A stretch of DNA of 64,000 bases from a virus (lineage: Duplodnaviria; Caudoviricetes): positions 10,200 to 74,199 of the IMG/VR virus record IMGVR_UViG_3300050334_000106. One strand, written 5' to 3'. Shown here piece by piece: positions 50,294-58,337 of this stretch (the first letter of the stretch is position 1; each line of letters starts with the position of its first letter). The translations under genes were made by a program, and so were the position numbers. The notes beneath the pieces are model-generated. The model was given only the letters and a program-made list of their open reading frames with translations, was not told where the DNA came from and searched no databases.

Positions 50294-52339
50294 CTAATCC
50301 ACCTCCACGACCAATTTGCTGTACTTCTGCCTATCCTCGGCGATACGGATATCAGGCTTTATCAGGCTAATAACCTGGGATTCAGTCTCTGCAAGTTCAG
50401 TAATACTCTCCCTGTTATCTACAAAAAGTGGCACTCTGACTCCATAATGTTCAGACAAAGCATTTATAATGTCTATGCCGGCATTGATTCTCCCGGCAGT
50501 ATTTCCGTCGCCAAATGGAACCCATTTGCCGTTTGTGTTGACCATAGTGTCGCACACTTCCACCACGCCGCCGTTTTGCTGGATGTCGAACAAGCGGAAG
50601 CGAACATATTTGAATTTGGAATTCATTATGTCGGTGAGGGTGTTGGCCTTTGCTTTGATGAACTCGGTTATTAGGTTCAACTGGCCCTCCAGTTGGCTTT
50701 TCTGATTGGATAGGTCGCGCTCGGACTGTTTTAATTCTTCGATGCGGGCTTTGGCATTTTCGACTACCCGCTTATTGTTCAGGGCGCGATTACAGTTTTC
50801 AATATCAGCAGCTATAACTGCTTTGCGCTGTCTTGCCTCTGCCGTTGTATCTTCAATCGGTTTATTAAGCTCTGCTTCCAGTTGTCCTATTTTTCCGGAC
50901 AGCTGAGTATATTCAGCATCAATGGCATAGTCAGGCTCGGAAGTCGGCTGCTGCAATATAGTATCAATCTCTGCGATGCGTGAATTAATTGTTTCCAGGG
51001 CCTTTTCAGCCTTCTCAACTTCAGTTTTATAAACTTCAATATTTTTTTGTAGCTGCTCGATTTCCCGTTTTAACTGTAAACCGCTTTCCTTGTTACCATT
51101 TAAGCTGTTTTCGGAATATGATATTGAATCTTTTTTGGCCTTTTCAAACGCAGCGCGCATTTCATCCAACTTAGTTTCTCTATCACCTTGTGGCAGGCTT
51201 TGACCACATGTTAGGCAAATAAAGTTGCTTTCATCAGGATCAACAAATGTTGATGAGCGTTCATCCAACAACCTTTCGTGAAGCCTAGTCCACTGCTCGC
51301 GTAATTGCTGGAGCCTACTATTTTTATCAGCAATCCCTTTTTCAGCAATGGGTATCTGCCTTGCATAATCGTTTTTGTTGGCTTCTTGCTGATATTTCCG
51401 GCCCTGTAATTGGCTCTTTTCATCAACAAGCTTCTGGAGGTAGGCATTAGCTTCCTTGTAAATCCTACTCTTGATGTTCTCCAACTGTCCTTTAAGAGAG
51501 AATAACTCCTGCTGTTTTTTCTTATATGCAAGAACAACATTTCCAGCGTCTGAAATTTCCTGCTCTATGTCTGACAATTCAGTTTTCAACCTTTGGAGCT
51601 CGGCTTCTGTAGCTGTATAGTCAATGGCAGTTTCCGGTATAAGCCTCATATTTTCATTGATAGCAGGGCCAACCTTCTCAATTTGCTCATTAAGCTTTTT
51701 AATACTCTGGGCAATAATAGCTTTCCTATCTTCAATAGACTTTCCGTCCAGGACTTCCAGCAACTTTGCCAATCCCGGATTAGCCGCAATAATCTGTTCG
51801 TCAGTTATATCGCCGCATATTTCAAATAACAGCATCCGGCGTGACTGCCAATCGGTCAGTTTACCAACTTTATAATGCTGATTGAAATATAACGGGTTTG
51901 TGAGGAGCCGGAACGTTTCTTCACCAATAAGCTCATCGACCTTCCTTTTATATTCATTTGCACCGACAGGTACCTCGTCAAAGAAATACGCAATGTTATT
52001 TCCTTTATATTCCTGCTCCGTTTTCCCTTTGGGCTTAACCCAATTCTCGGTCAGAATCTTTTTGAGTTTTAGAGGCTTACCGTCCTTTGATAATCCAACC
52101 TCAACTTCTGTTTCCAGGAAATGAATCTCGTTTCCGGCTTCATCAAGCGGTTTTATTCCAAAATCAGCCTGATTGAAGCTATTCTTTCCGGATACTATCC
52201 ATACAAAAGCATCATAACAGCTAGTTTTATATGTAGCGTTATCGCCCAGAACGCTGATATTCTGTTCATTGGCATCAATCCGGAAATCCTTTATTCCTTT
52301 GAAGTTCTTAATTGCCATGTAGTTTAACCTTATATCCAA
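50294..52339 (-). CDS. SbcC/Rad50-like coiled-coil ATPase
   Basis: NFKGI, Walker A variant GDNATYKT, central CLTC hook, LFVDNRES. Confidence 0.85.
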   Translation of the reverse strand: MDIRLNYMAIKNFKGIKDFRIDANEQNISVLGDNATYKTSCYDAFVWIVSGKNSFNQADFGIKPLDEAGNEIHFLETEVEVGLSKDGKPLKLKKILTENWVKPKGKTEQEYKGNNIAYFFDEVPVGANEYKRKVDELIGEETFRLLTNPLYFNQHYKVGKLTDWQSRRMLLFEICGDITDEQIIAANPGLAKLLEVLDGKSIEDRKAIIAQSIKKLNEQIEKVGPAINENMRLIPETAIDYTATEAELQRLKTELSDIEQEISDAGNVVLAYKKKQQELFSLKGQLENIKSRIYKEANAYLQKLVDEKSQLQGRKYQQEANKNDYARQIPIAEKGIADKNSRLQQLREQWTRLHERLLDERSSTFVDPDESNFICLTCGQSLPQGDRETKLDEMRAAFEKAKKDSISYSENSLNGNKESGLQLKREIEQLQKNIEVYKTEVEKAEKALETINSRIAEIDTILQQPTSEPDYAIDAEYTQLSGKIGQLEAELNKPIEDTTAEARQRKAVIAADIENCNRALNNKRVVENAKARIEELKQSERDLSNQKSQLEGQLNLITEFIKAKANTLTDIMNSKFKYVRFRLFDIQQNGGVVEVCDTMVNTNGKWVPFGDGNTAGRINAGIDIINALSEHYGVRVPLFVDNRESITELAETESQVISLIKPDIRIAEDRQKYSKLVVEVD

Positions 52340-52350
52340 AATCCTACCTC

Positions 52351-52530
52351 CTATCTCTTTCTAGTCCCCAGAAGCAAGCTTTTCTTACTTGCCTTTAACT
52401 TATTGAAACCCTCAACTGTAATAACAGCAAAGCCGGTTTCAGTTTCGTTGACAAGATATTCCACATTTTCGCCATATCTTTTCTTAAGGTCGGCTATAGC
52501 TTCGTCTATATATTTTTGGAATTTACCCAC
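52351..52530 (-). CDS. Small hypothetical protein (59 aa; not in ORF track)
   Basis: GGAGG RBS, GTG start, fills the operon gap. Confidence 0.5.
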   Translation of the reverse strand: MGKFQKYIDEAIADLKKRYGENVEYLVNETETGFAVITVEGFNKLKASKKSLLLGTRKR

Positions 52531-52792
52531 CTACAATCCCTCCATTCAACCCAGCCCGTAAAGCACATTCAGTACACGCTGCTTTGACCTCAAAATTGTT
52601 TTTAATTAATTCCCGGTGCTTGTCGGATTCCCAGCAACTCTCACCACAGATTGGGCATTTAACCAATTTCCAATCACTCTGCGGCGGCTCCTGAATGTTC
52701 TTATATTTCGGCATACAGAGCATCCCTGTGTCTCCCGGCTTCCATGGCCATATTTTAGCTTTCACCCAAATCACCATCCAAACCGATTGCAT
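52523..52792 (-). CDS. Zn-finger hypothetical protein
   Basis: CPICGESC...CTEC. Confidence 0.6.
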   Translation of the reverse strand: MQSVWMVIWVKAKIWPWKPGDTGMLCMPKYKNIQEPPQSDWKLVKCPICGESCWESDKHRELIKNNFEVKAACTECALRAGLNGGIVGG

Positions 52793-53210
52793 CCAGCTTT
52801 TGCTGGAAGGCCTGCATAATTTCTATCGCCTGCTCCAGGTCCTTGGCATACCAAAGCTCATTTGACAGCTGCTGATTCAAGGCCCAGACCTCGTCTTTCT
52901 TTTTCTGAACCGTCTCCGTCCCTTCATCTATAAAGCCCTGTATTGGGCTTCCTTCCCTTATAGAATCATAGCTGTTATAGCGATCCTTCTGGCCCTGGGT
53001 ATAATCCCGAACTCTGTTCTCATAAACTTTTTGCCGTTCCTTTTCGCGCAACTCCTCTATAACTTTTACTGCATCATAGTATGTAGCCTCAATTTGCAGA
53101 GTCTCTTTGTTTCTTATCTGAGACATACAATATCTATTTTCATTTCTCTTGTCGGTTATTATTGAGTAAACCAGATGCAGAGCGCTTAACTTGTTCATAT
53201 CCTCCTCCAA
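52755..53210 (-). CDS. Hypothetical protein
   Basis: Operonic coiled-coil ORF. Confidence 0.55.
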   Translation of the reverse strand: MEEDMNKLSALHLVYSIITDKRNENRYCMSQIRNKETLQIEATYYDAVKVIEELREKERQKVYENRVRDYTQGQKDRYNSYDSIREGSPIQGFIDEGTETVQKKKDEVWALNQQLSNELWYAKDLEQAIEIMQAFQQKLDAIGLDGDLGES

Positions 53211-53400
53211 TCTCTCGTATTAGTGCTGCCACTAAGAGATACAGCAATGGTATTAACACCTCACCACCTGTCGCTTCATAGCCTCGAATATCATTTGCCA
53301 TAGCTGAGAATTTAGGAACCATCAAACAGGAAATAACAAAACCGATTACAAACAATGCAGTTCTGTGGGCTTTTAAATTGTTAACCTTCCTGTTTGCCAT
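53140..53400 (-). CDS. Small membrane protein
   Basis: Two TM segments; RGYEATGGE motif. Confidence 0.6.
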   Translation of the reverse strand: MANRKVNNLKAHRTALFVIGFVISCLMVPKFSAMANDIRGYEATGGEVLIPLLYLLVAALIREIGGGYEQVKRSASGLLNNNRQEK

Positions 53401-53890
53401 TTAAGCTGCCTCCCTCTTTAAGCTGAAGCCGGATATGATCTGCCAGAAGTGCAATAAACTCTGAATTTGTGGCCTTGTTTTTGCATGCAACGGAATATCC
53501 AAACAGGGAATCTAAGGCATTATAATTTCCCCTATCCCATGCAACCTCAATAGCATGACGGATAGCCCTTTCTGCTCTGCTGGCCGTGGTGCTGTTACTT
53601 TTAGCAATAACCGGGTACAGCTCTTTTGTAACGCTTTCCATGATTTTCGGGTTCTGAACTGCCAGAACTATTGCTTGCCGCACAAAGTTAAAACCTTTGA
53701 TATTACGTGGCATACTAATTTGACTGAGAAGATTTGTGACCTGTGTTTCCAGATCACCATCGCCTATTTGAAATGTTGGAGCGTTTGCCGGAATTTGTTC
53801 TTCTTGCTTTTTACCAAAAAGACTATTGAAATACTCATGCTCTGTCATCCTGATGGTAATAGTTCCATCATCATTAAATGTCTTTTGCAT
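53381..53890 (-). CDS. Spo0A C-terminal effector-domain protein lacking a receiver domain
   Basis: IKGFNFVRQAI...TKELYPVIAK...TASRAERAIRHAIEVAWDRG. Confidence 0.92.
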   Translation of the reverse strand: MQKTFNDDGTITIRMTEHEYFNSLFGKKQEEQIPANAPTFQIGDGDLETQVTNLLSQISMPRNIKGFNFVRQAIVLAVQNPKIMESVTKELYPVIAKSNSTTASRAERAIRHAIEVAWDRGNYNALDSLFGYSVACKNKATNSEFIALLADHIRLQLKEGGSLNGKQEG

Positions 53891-53987
53891 ATGATTTACC
53901 TCCAGATTTAGTTTTGAATTGAGCTAAGATTTGGTTTTGGGCGGCTCAGCTGCAGCCTGTCCACCCTCAGCATAAAATAAAATAATT

Positions 53988-54642
53988 AGAATACCCATGT
54001 AGCTTACTCTTTGCTTTCGGGTTTGGTAGGAAGGTGATTGAAATTCATGTTTTGCGGCAAGTGCACCATTTCGCAATGCTCCGGAGCAGCATATCCTTTG
54101 CCGGTTAGCCTATTTATTACCCAATGTACGTACAGGCACCCATTTCTGGGCCGTCAAACAAACACCTTTTCAGGTCGCTTTACATCTGAACTTCAATTTT
54201 TCTTCCTTGGGGCAGATACGCTCTGCCGGGCGTCGGTAAATAATAGTCATAGGTTTTACGTATTGCTGGGATACTCCCTTTGAGCCTTGCGGCACCGTCC
54301 GGCTACGTTATCCTATCGAACCTTAAAACGGCTGGGTGAATACGGTTTAATCGCGGCTCTTTAGCTATTTACGCACCCTCGCGATATGACTTTTGATTTA
54401 CCTATGTTTTCATTTAATCCGAGCTACCGTCCTTTACTTTCGGTGTATACCCCTACTTGCATACTTCGTATAGTTCAGACGCCTTTGGCATTTTTGCCAC
54501 AACGTTACTTTCACCTAGGATGAGCCAGTCAGAACGTTGAAAGATGGATGCTCTGGGGCAGTTGTCGTACTGCCGGACGGCAAGTTCTGGTGATTGTGAA
54601 CTTACAATTTCAACCTCTACCACCACGCATCTGGTAGGCTCC
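53988..54642 (-). ncRNA. Large ornate structured RNA, ROOL-like
   Basis: No convincing - strand ORF. Long-range helix 54606-54622 with 54024-54045; many GNRA hairpins; segments resembling recalled ROOL conserved blocks. Confidence 0.75.
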
Positions 54643-54698
54643 GCCGCATTTTATTGTTTATAAAGCCCGTTCAAAATGCAGTAACTATTCGGCTTTTG

Positions 54699-54781
54699 TA
54701 GAGAAAGTGAGACTCGAACTCACATCAAGGGTCAAAGTTTGTAGTGTACACTCCCTGCACTGTCCGTTGTGCTATTTCTCC
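54699..54781 (-). ncRNA. tRNA-like RNA with an expanded anticodon arm (not a canonical tRNA)
   Basis: GGAGAAA/TTTCTCT acceptor, GCAC/GTGC D-arm, GTGAG-TTCGAGT-CTCAC T-arm; 83 nt; no encoded CCA. Confidence 0.75.
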
Positions 54782-54896
54782 ATAGTTGCCGGTCTCTCCC
54801 GGCTGGTCACCTTTGTTCTGTACAACGGTTTAAACACTGTGCGCTACACTCGTTTAATCATGGCTCTAATCTCTGCACAGGGAACGTCCTGAGCGT

Positions 54897-55042
54897 TGGT
54901 TGGAGGAACAGGATTTGAACCTGTAATTGACATGATAGCCTCTGCCGCTTGCTAATCCACCGAAGTTCGGCGACTAAGGATTTGAACCTTCAAGCATGTC
55001 TCGCCCGGCTTGGTTTAGCGTATACCGTTTCGCCATCCTCCA
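54897..55042 (-). ncRNA. 146-nt tandem, domain-swapped double tRNA-like RNA ending in CCA
   Basis: TGGAGGA/TCCTCCA acceptor + A + CCA; two TTCAAAT T-loops; two D-loop-like segments. Confidence 0.75.
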
Positions 55043-55139
55043 ATGAAGGCGGCAGTCAACCGCCTTAAATAGTCCCTTGAATATAAAATTGTATATTATA
55101 GATTTTTGTCTCCGACTGTATCGGTGTCACCCATGCTAA

Positions 55140-55283
55140 CTAAGTAAATCCTGTTGGGTAATTGGCGACATCGGAGTGATTTATGGATCGATTCATCATT
55201 TCCTGGCATGAATGCCGGCTTATTATCACGATTAAAATCATATGCAGTAAATCAAACCAACTGTAACCGAATATTGCTCCCAT
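55140..55283 (-). CDS. Small peptide with hydrophobic N-terminal half (47 aa; not in ORF track)
   Basis: AGGAGG RBS; MGAIFGYSWFDLLHMILIVIISR... Confidence 0.4.
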   Translation of the reverse strand: MGAIFGYSWFDLLHMILIVIISRHSCQEMMNRSINHSDVANYPTGFT

Positions 55284-55413
55284 AATTCCTCCTACTTTTG
55301 TATTTGGTAGTTAATGGACAATTTGCTGATTAATATGGGTAATGTTATGCATAACGCATTTTGACCACCTCCCCAGGGGATGGTATCGGGCTTTAGGATT
55401 AACCCGCAAGAAC

Positions 55414-55908
55414 CTATAGCTGTGTCAGTAGGAGTTTACGCTCTCTTCTGTATATCCTGCTGATTTGGGCTTGTGATAACCCAACCGACTTAGCAACATC
55501 TTTTTGTTTTTCACCAGTAACAAGTCTTTTAAGAACCGGATAATTATTGAGTTTTGCTATTATGGATTTGGCGTTTAATTCACCGTCAAAATCATGTTCA
55601 TAACCCAGAGAATCCATTAGGGTGACTGTCTCATCTGCACCTTCAATGAATGAATCCAGCGAAAGCATATTTAAATATTTCTTTTGTTTTCTCATAAAAC
55701 AGCCGATTTCGTTTGAAATTACCCTTATTGCGTATGTAGCAAAGGCAAATCCTTGTGACTCATCAAATGTTTTACATGCCTTCCATAGGCCAATACGTGC
55801 TTCTGCAAGAATCTCGTCATACAGATGCGGATAACTGGTAAACCATTTCTTTGCGACATATGTAGTTAGTTTGACGTTATTATGATAGAATTCTAGAGCT
55901 TTAACCAA
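55414..55908 (-). CDS. Phage sigma-70-family factor (sporulation SigE/F/K-like)
   Basis: ARIGLWKACKTFDESQGFAFATYA...EI...RK; SLDS; QKDVAKSVGLSQAQISR. Confidence 0.88.
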   Translation of the reverse strand: MVKALEFYHNNVKLTTYVAKKWFTSYPHLYDEILAEARIGLWKACKTFDESQGFAFATYAIRVISNEIGCFMRKQKKYLNMLSLDSFIEGADETVTLMDSLGYEHDFDGELNAKSIIAKLNNYPVLKRLVTGEKQKDVAKSVGLSQAQISRIYRRERKLLLTQL

Positions 55909-55966
55909 TGGAGATCACCGCCTTTATTCATCAAAATTATAAATAGCGCTTATAAATACTTCCTCC

Positions 55967-57085
55967 TTAATTTGTATAATTGCACTTTTTCATTTTCTTT
56001 GAGAGCCAGTCAAGGCCTTTAGGAGTGACAAATACTTGTGTCCTTTGTTCGATTACGTCGCCTTTTTTGATAGGATTTTGCTTATGTACGAAATAACCAC
56101 TATCTACAAAGTTTTGATATGCTTCATAATCGCCACCTTTGCGGAACAATATTTTTTCAATGGTTAAGATTTTAAAGAGATTGTTTCTGCCAATACCCTT
56201 TATGTTTAATGTTTTGGCGGTTTCCTCGACAGTGAGATTGCCCTCTGAATTCATAAATGAATCAAACGAATTCGCTTTAGGAAGTAATTTTGCGTTTTCT
56301 TCCGCCAAATCAGCTGCAAGCCTGAGAGCTTCGGGTAATGTCTGTGGAATATTGAATTGCGGTTGAGTTTGTCCGAGAAAAGCAGCTGCAAGTACATCTT
56401 TTGCTTTAAGTTGGTATTCGATCAGCTTATCCCTAACTTCCGGATTTACCTTTGCTGGATTTATACCTGCAAGCCATAGTGGAAGAAATTCAAGTTCAAT
56501 AACAAAAGCGTTCTGCTTACCACCGTTTGAAGGTACCCCCAATATCATGGTGCCCTTTGAAATTGTTATATGTTCTCTGAGTTTGGCCCTTTGATTCTCG
56601 GAGTCGATACCTAATCCATTGCATATGTGATTGACCGAAACATATATTTTTCCTGTTTCATCATCTTTGACAGCGAGGAGATTATCTCCATTAAACTCAA
56701 CTTGCTTTACCATTAATCCTGCCACTACTTGTCCCTCCTTTTTGTTTTGAATTCCAAAGCTGATATTAATTGCACTTTCAACCTTATCCATAAGTTCAGT
56801 ACCTAGGTGACCCACATATTCTCTCAGTCTGCATTTATCGATTGTCCGGATCTGTTCCATGCAGACAATTGAATTTTCTCTTAAGCCACAACCGTTAATC
56901 TCAATATGTGTAGGAAGCTTTGGTTTATCTAATCGAGAGGTCATTGTAGCCACAATAACAGTTGAGCTATATTTATTACCAATATCATTCTGAACAATCA
57001 GTACAGGTCTGACACCGCCCTGCTCGGAGCCTATGTATGGATTGAGATCTGCGTAGTAGATGTCGCCGCGCTTTATTTCGTGCAT
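55967..57085 (-). CDS. MazF/PemK RNase domain fused to phage antirepressor (Ant N-terminal + KilAC)
   Basis: RGDIYYADL.P..GSEQGGVRPVLIVQND...EQIRTIDK.RL, then VEFNGD...GLG, then PQTLPEALRLAADL...GRNNLF. Confidence 0.9.
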   Translation of the reverse strand: MHEIKRGDIYYADLNPYIGSEQGGVRPVLIVQNDIGNKYSSTVIVATMTSRLDKPKLPTHIEINGCGLRENSIVCMEQIRTIDKCRLREYVGHLGTELMDKVESAINISFGIQNKKEGQVVAGLMVKQVEFNGDNLLAVKDDETGKIYVSVNHICNGLGIDSENQRAKLREHITISKGTMILGVPSNGGKQNAFVIELEFLPLWLAGINPAKVNPEVRDKLIEYQLKAKDVLAAAFLGQTQPQFNIPQTLPEALRLAADLAEENAKLLPKANSFDSFMNSEGNLTVEETAKTLNIKGIGRNNLFKILTIEKILFRKGGDYEAYQNFVDSGYFVHKQNPIKKGDVIEQRTQVFVTPKGLDWLSKKMKKCNYTN

Positions 57086-57099
57086 GACCTCAACTCCTT

Positions 57100-57423
57100 T
57101 CATAACTTTGATATCTTTTGGGCTTCTTGATAGGCTTTAATGAAGATTGCCGCTATTTTTTTAGCTCTTTCAATTTCGCTTTCTTTAATTGACATGGTAT
57201 TTTTATTAAGAATGACCATAACAAACTGACTTAATGATTGCTGCAATTTATCTATGCCATATTTACGATAGTGATTATATTCAGGAATAATACTTTTGAG
57301 CTTTGGCTTCAATTCCTCTTTTACATATTTGTGCCATGCTGTCATGCCTTTTTTCTCTGCCTTGATTTCTTCGAGGATTTCAGCTTTGATTTGTTCTCTT
57401 TCTTCTAAGGTCAAAGTGTTCAC
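57100..57423 (-). CDS. Hypothetical protein
   Basis: RBS; directly upstream of the MazF-Ant gene. Confidence 0.6.
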   Translation of the reverse strand: MNTLTLEEREQIKAEILEEIKAEKKGMTAWHKYVKEELKPKLKSIIPEYNHYRKYGIDKLQQSLSQFVMVILNKNTMSIKESEIERAKKIAAIFIKAYQEAQKISKL

Positions 57424-57483
57424 TTCCTTTCTTGTAAATTACTCCCATAAGTAGTAGAATTATGTCGAAGGGAGGTGTTTTCG

Positions 57484-57690
57484 ATGAGTGAGGCTTTAGA
57501 TCTTCGTTGTCCGTTCTGTGGGAATGTAGGTTACAGCAAAATTCAACCAGAAAATAATTCATCATTTTTTATCTCGACAGCCAACTATCAGGCTAGTCCA
57601 ACAAGTGCAAACCCCAAATATGGTATGCCTGTAAATATTTATGGTTGCAATAATTGCGGTACTTATATCCTAAGATCAATCAATACTTAA
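57484..57690 (+). CDS. Small Zn-ribbon protein (opposite-strand moron)
   Basis: GGAGGTG RBS; CPFC...CNNC. Confidence 0.65.
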   Translation: MSEALDLRCPFCGNVGYSKIQPENNSSFFISTANYQASPTSANPKYGMPVNIYGCNNCGTYILRSINT

Positions 57691-57857
57691 TCAGAGATTT
57701 CATCAATGTGTATTGGTTGAGCGAATTCTATTTTATTTGTATTAATTTCAGGGGTTACATTTATTAACTCCAGCAGCTTTTGAATTTGCGATTCAACGGC
57801 TGCTATTCTTTTTTCCAAGACTTCCATTTGTTGATCTGTTTTAGTTTTGCTTTTCAT
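57687..57857 (-). CDS. Small coiled-coil protein (56 aa; not in ORF track)
   Basis: GGAGGG RBS; MKSKTKTDQQMEVLEKRIAAVESQIQ... Confidence 0.5.
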   Translation of the reverse strand: MKSKTKTDQQMEVLEKRIAAVESQIQKLLELINVTPEINTNKIEFAQPIHIDEISD

Positions 57858-57895
57858 ACGCACCCTCCTTCGTGTTGCAATAGTTCCTTACTGGT

Positions 57896-58090
57896 TTATG
57901 CACCTTTAGCACTTTGATTTACTACAACCTTAGTTTCAATCCACTGCTCTATTTCTATAGTTTTAAGCAAAAAATCTCTTCCATTCGGTTTATATGCTCT
58001 TAATTCTCCGGCATGTATCGCTTTGTAAAAAACATCTTTGCCTATCCCAAAAGATTTAACAGCATCTTTAATTTTTAAAAAAGATTTCAA
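57896..58090 (-). CDS. xis: Excisionase-like (MerR/HTH_17) protein
   Basis: LKIKDAVKSFGIGKDVFYKAIHAGEL...IEQWI. Confidence 0.75.
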   Translation of the reverse strand: MKSFLKIKDAVKSFGIGKDVFYKAIHAGELRAYKPNGRDFLLKTIEIEQWIETKVVVNQSAKGA

Positions 58091-58092
58091 GT

Positions 58093-58311
58093 TTACGCCC
58101 CCCTTTTTGTAGGAAGCTTCGGTGATAAAAATTTACTTACTGGCACTTCTAATGCTCCGCAAATTAATTCAAATTCTTCAAATGTCATTTTTCTCTTTTC
58201 GTTTAAGGCTAAATTAAGTTTTGGAAGCGGAATATGTGTGTCAATTGATAGATTAGTTTGAAGTATGTTATTAGATTCTATGTATTCCTTTATCTTAAAT
58301 CCGACGCCCAT
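58093..58311 (-). CDS. Cro-like HTH regulator
   Basis: XRE-like HTH; first gene of the leftward lytic operon. Confidence 0.75.
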   Translation of the reverse strand: MGVGFKIKEYIESNNILQTNLSIDTHIPLPKLNLALNEKRKMTFEEFELICGALEVPVSKFLSPKLPTKRGA

Positions 58312-58337
58312 ATGTGTTACCTCCGTTTCTTGGTTTT

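Noticed and set aside
54038-54283. 81-aa + strand ORF (and 54707..54892) over the RNA locus
   Set aside because: Antisense to the structured RNAs with no recognisable domain; probably shadow ORFs, although a GGAAGGTG RBS-like sequence precedes 54047.
54699-55042. Functional decoding tRNAs (Gln, Tyr or Leu)
   Set aside because: Neither unit has a 5-bp stem with a 7-nt anticodon loop; reported as tRNA-like ncRNAs instead.
57463-57469. Perfect Spo0A box TGTCGAA before the Zn-ribbon moron RBS
   Set aside because: A 7-mer is expected several times by chance in 64 kb, and other copies lie inside coding sequence.
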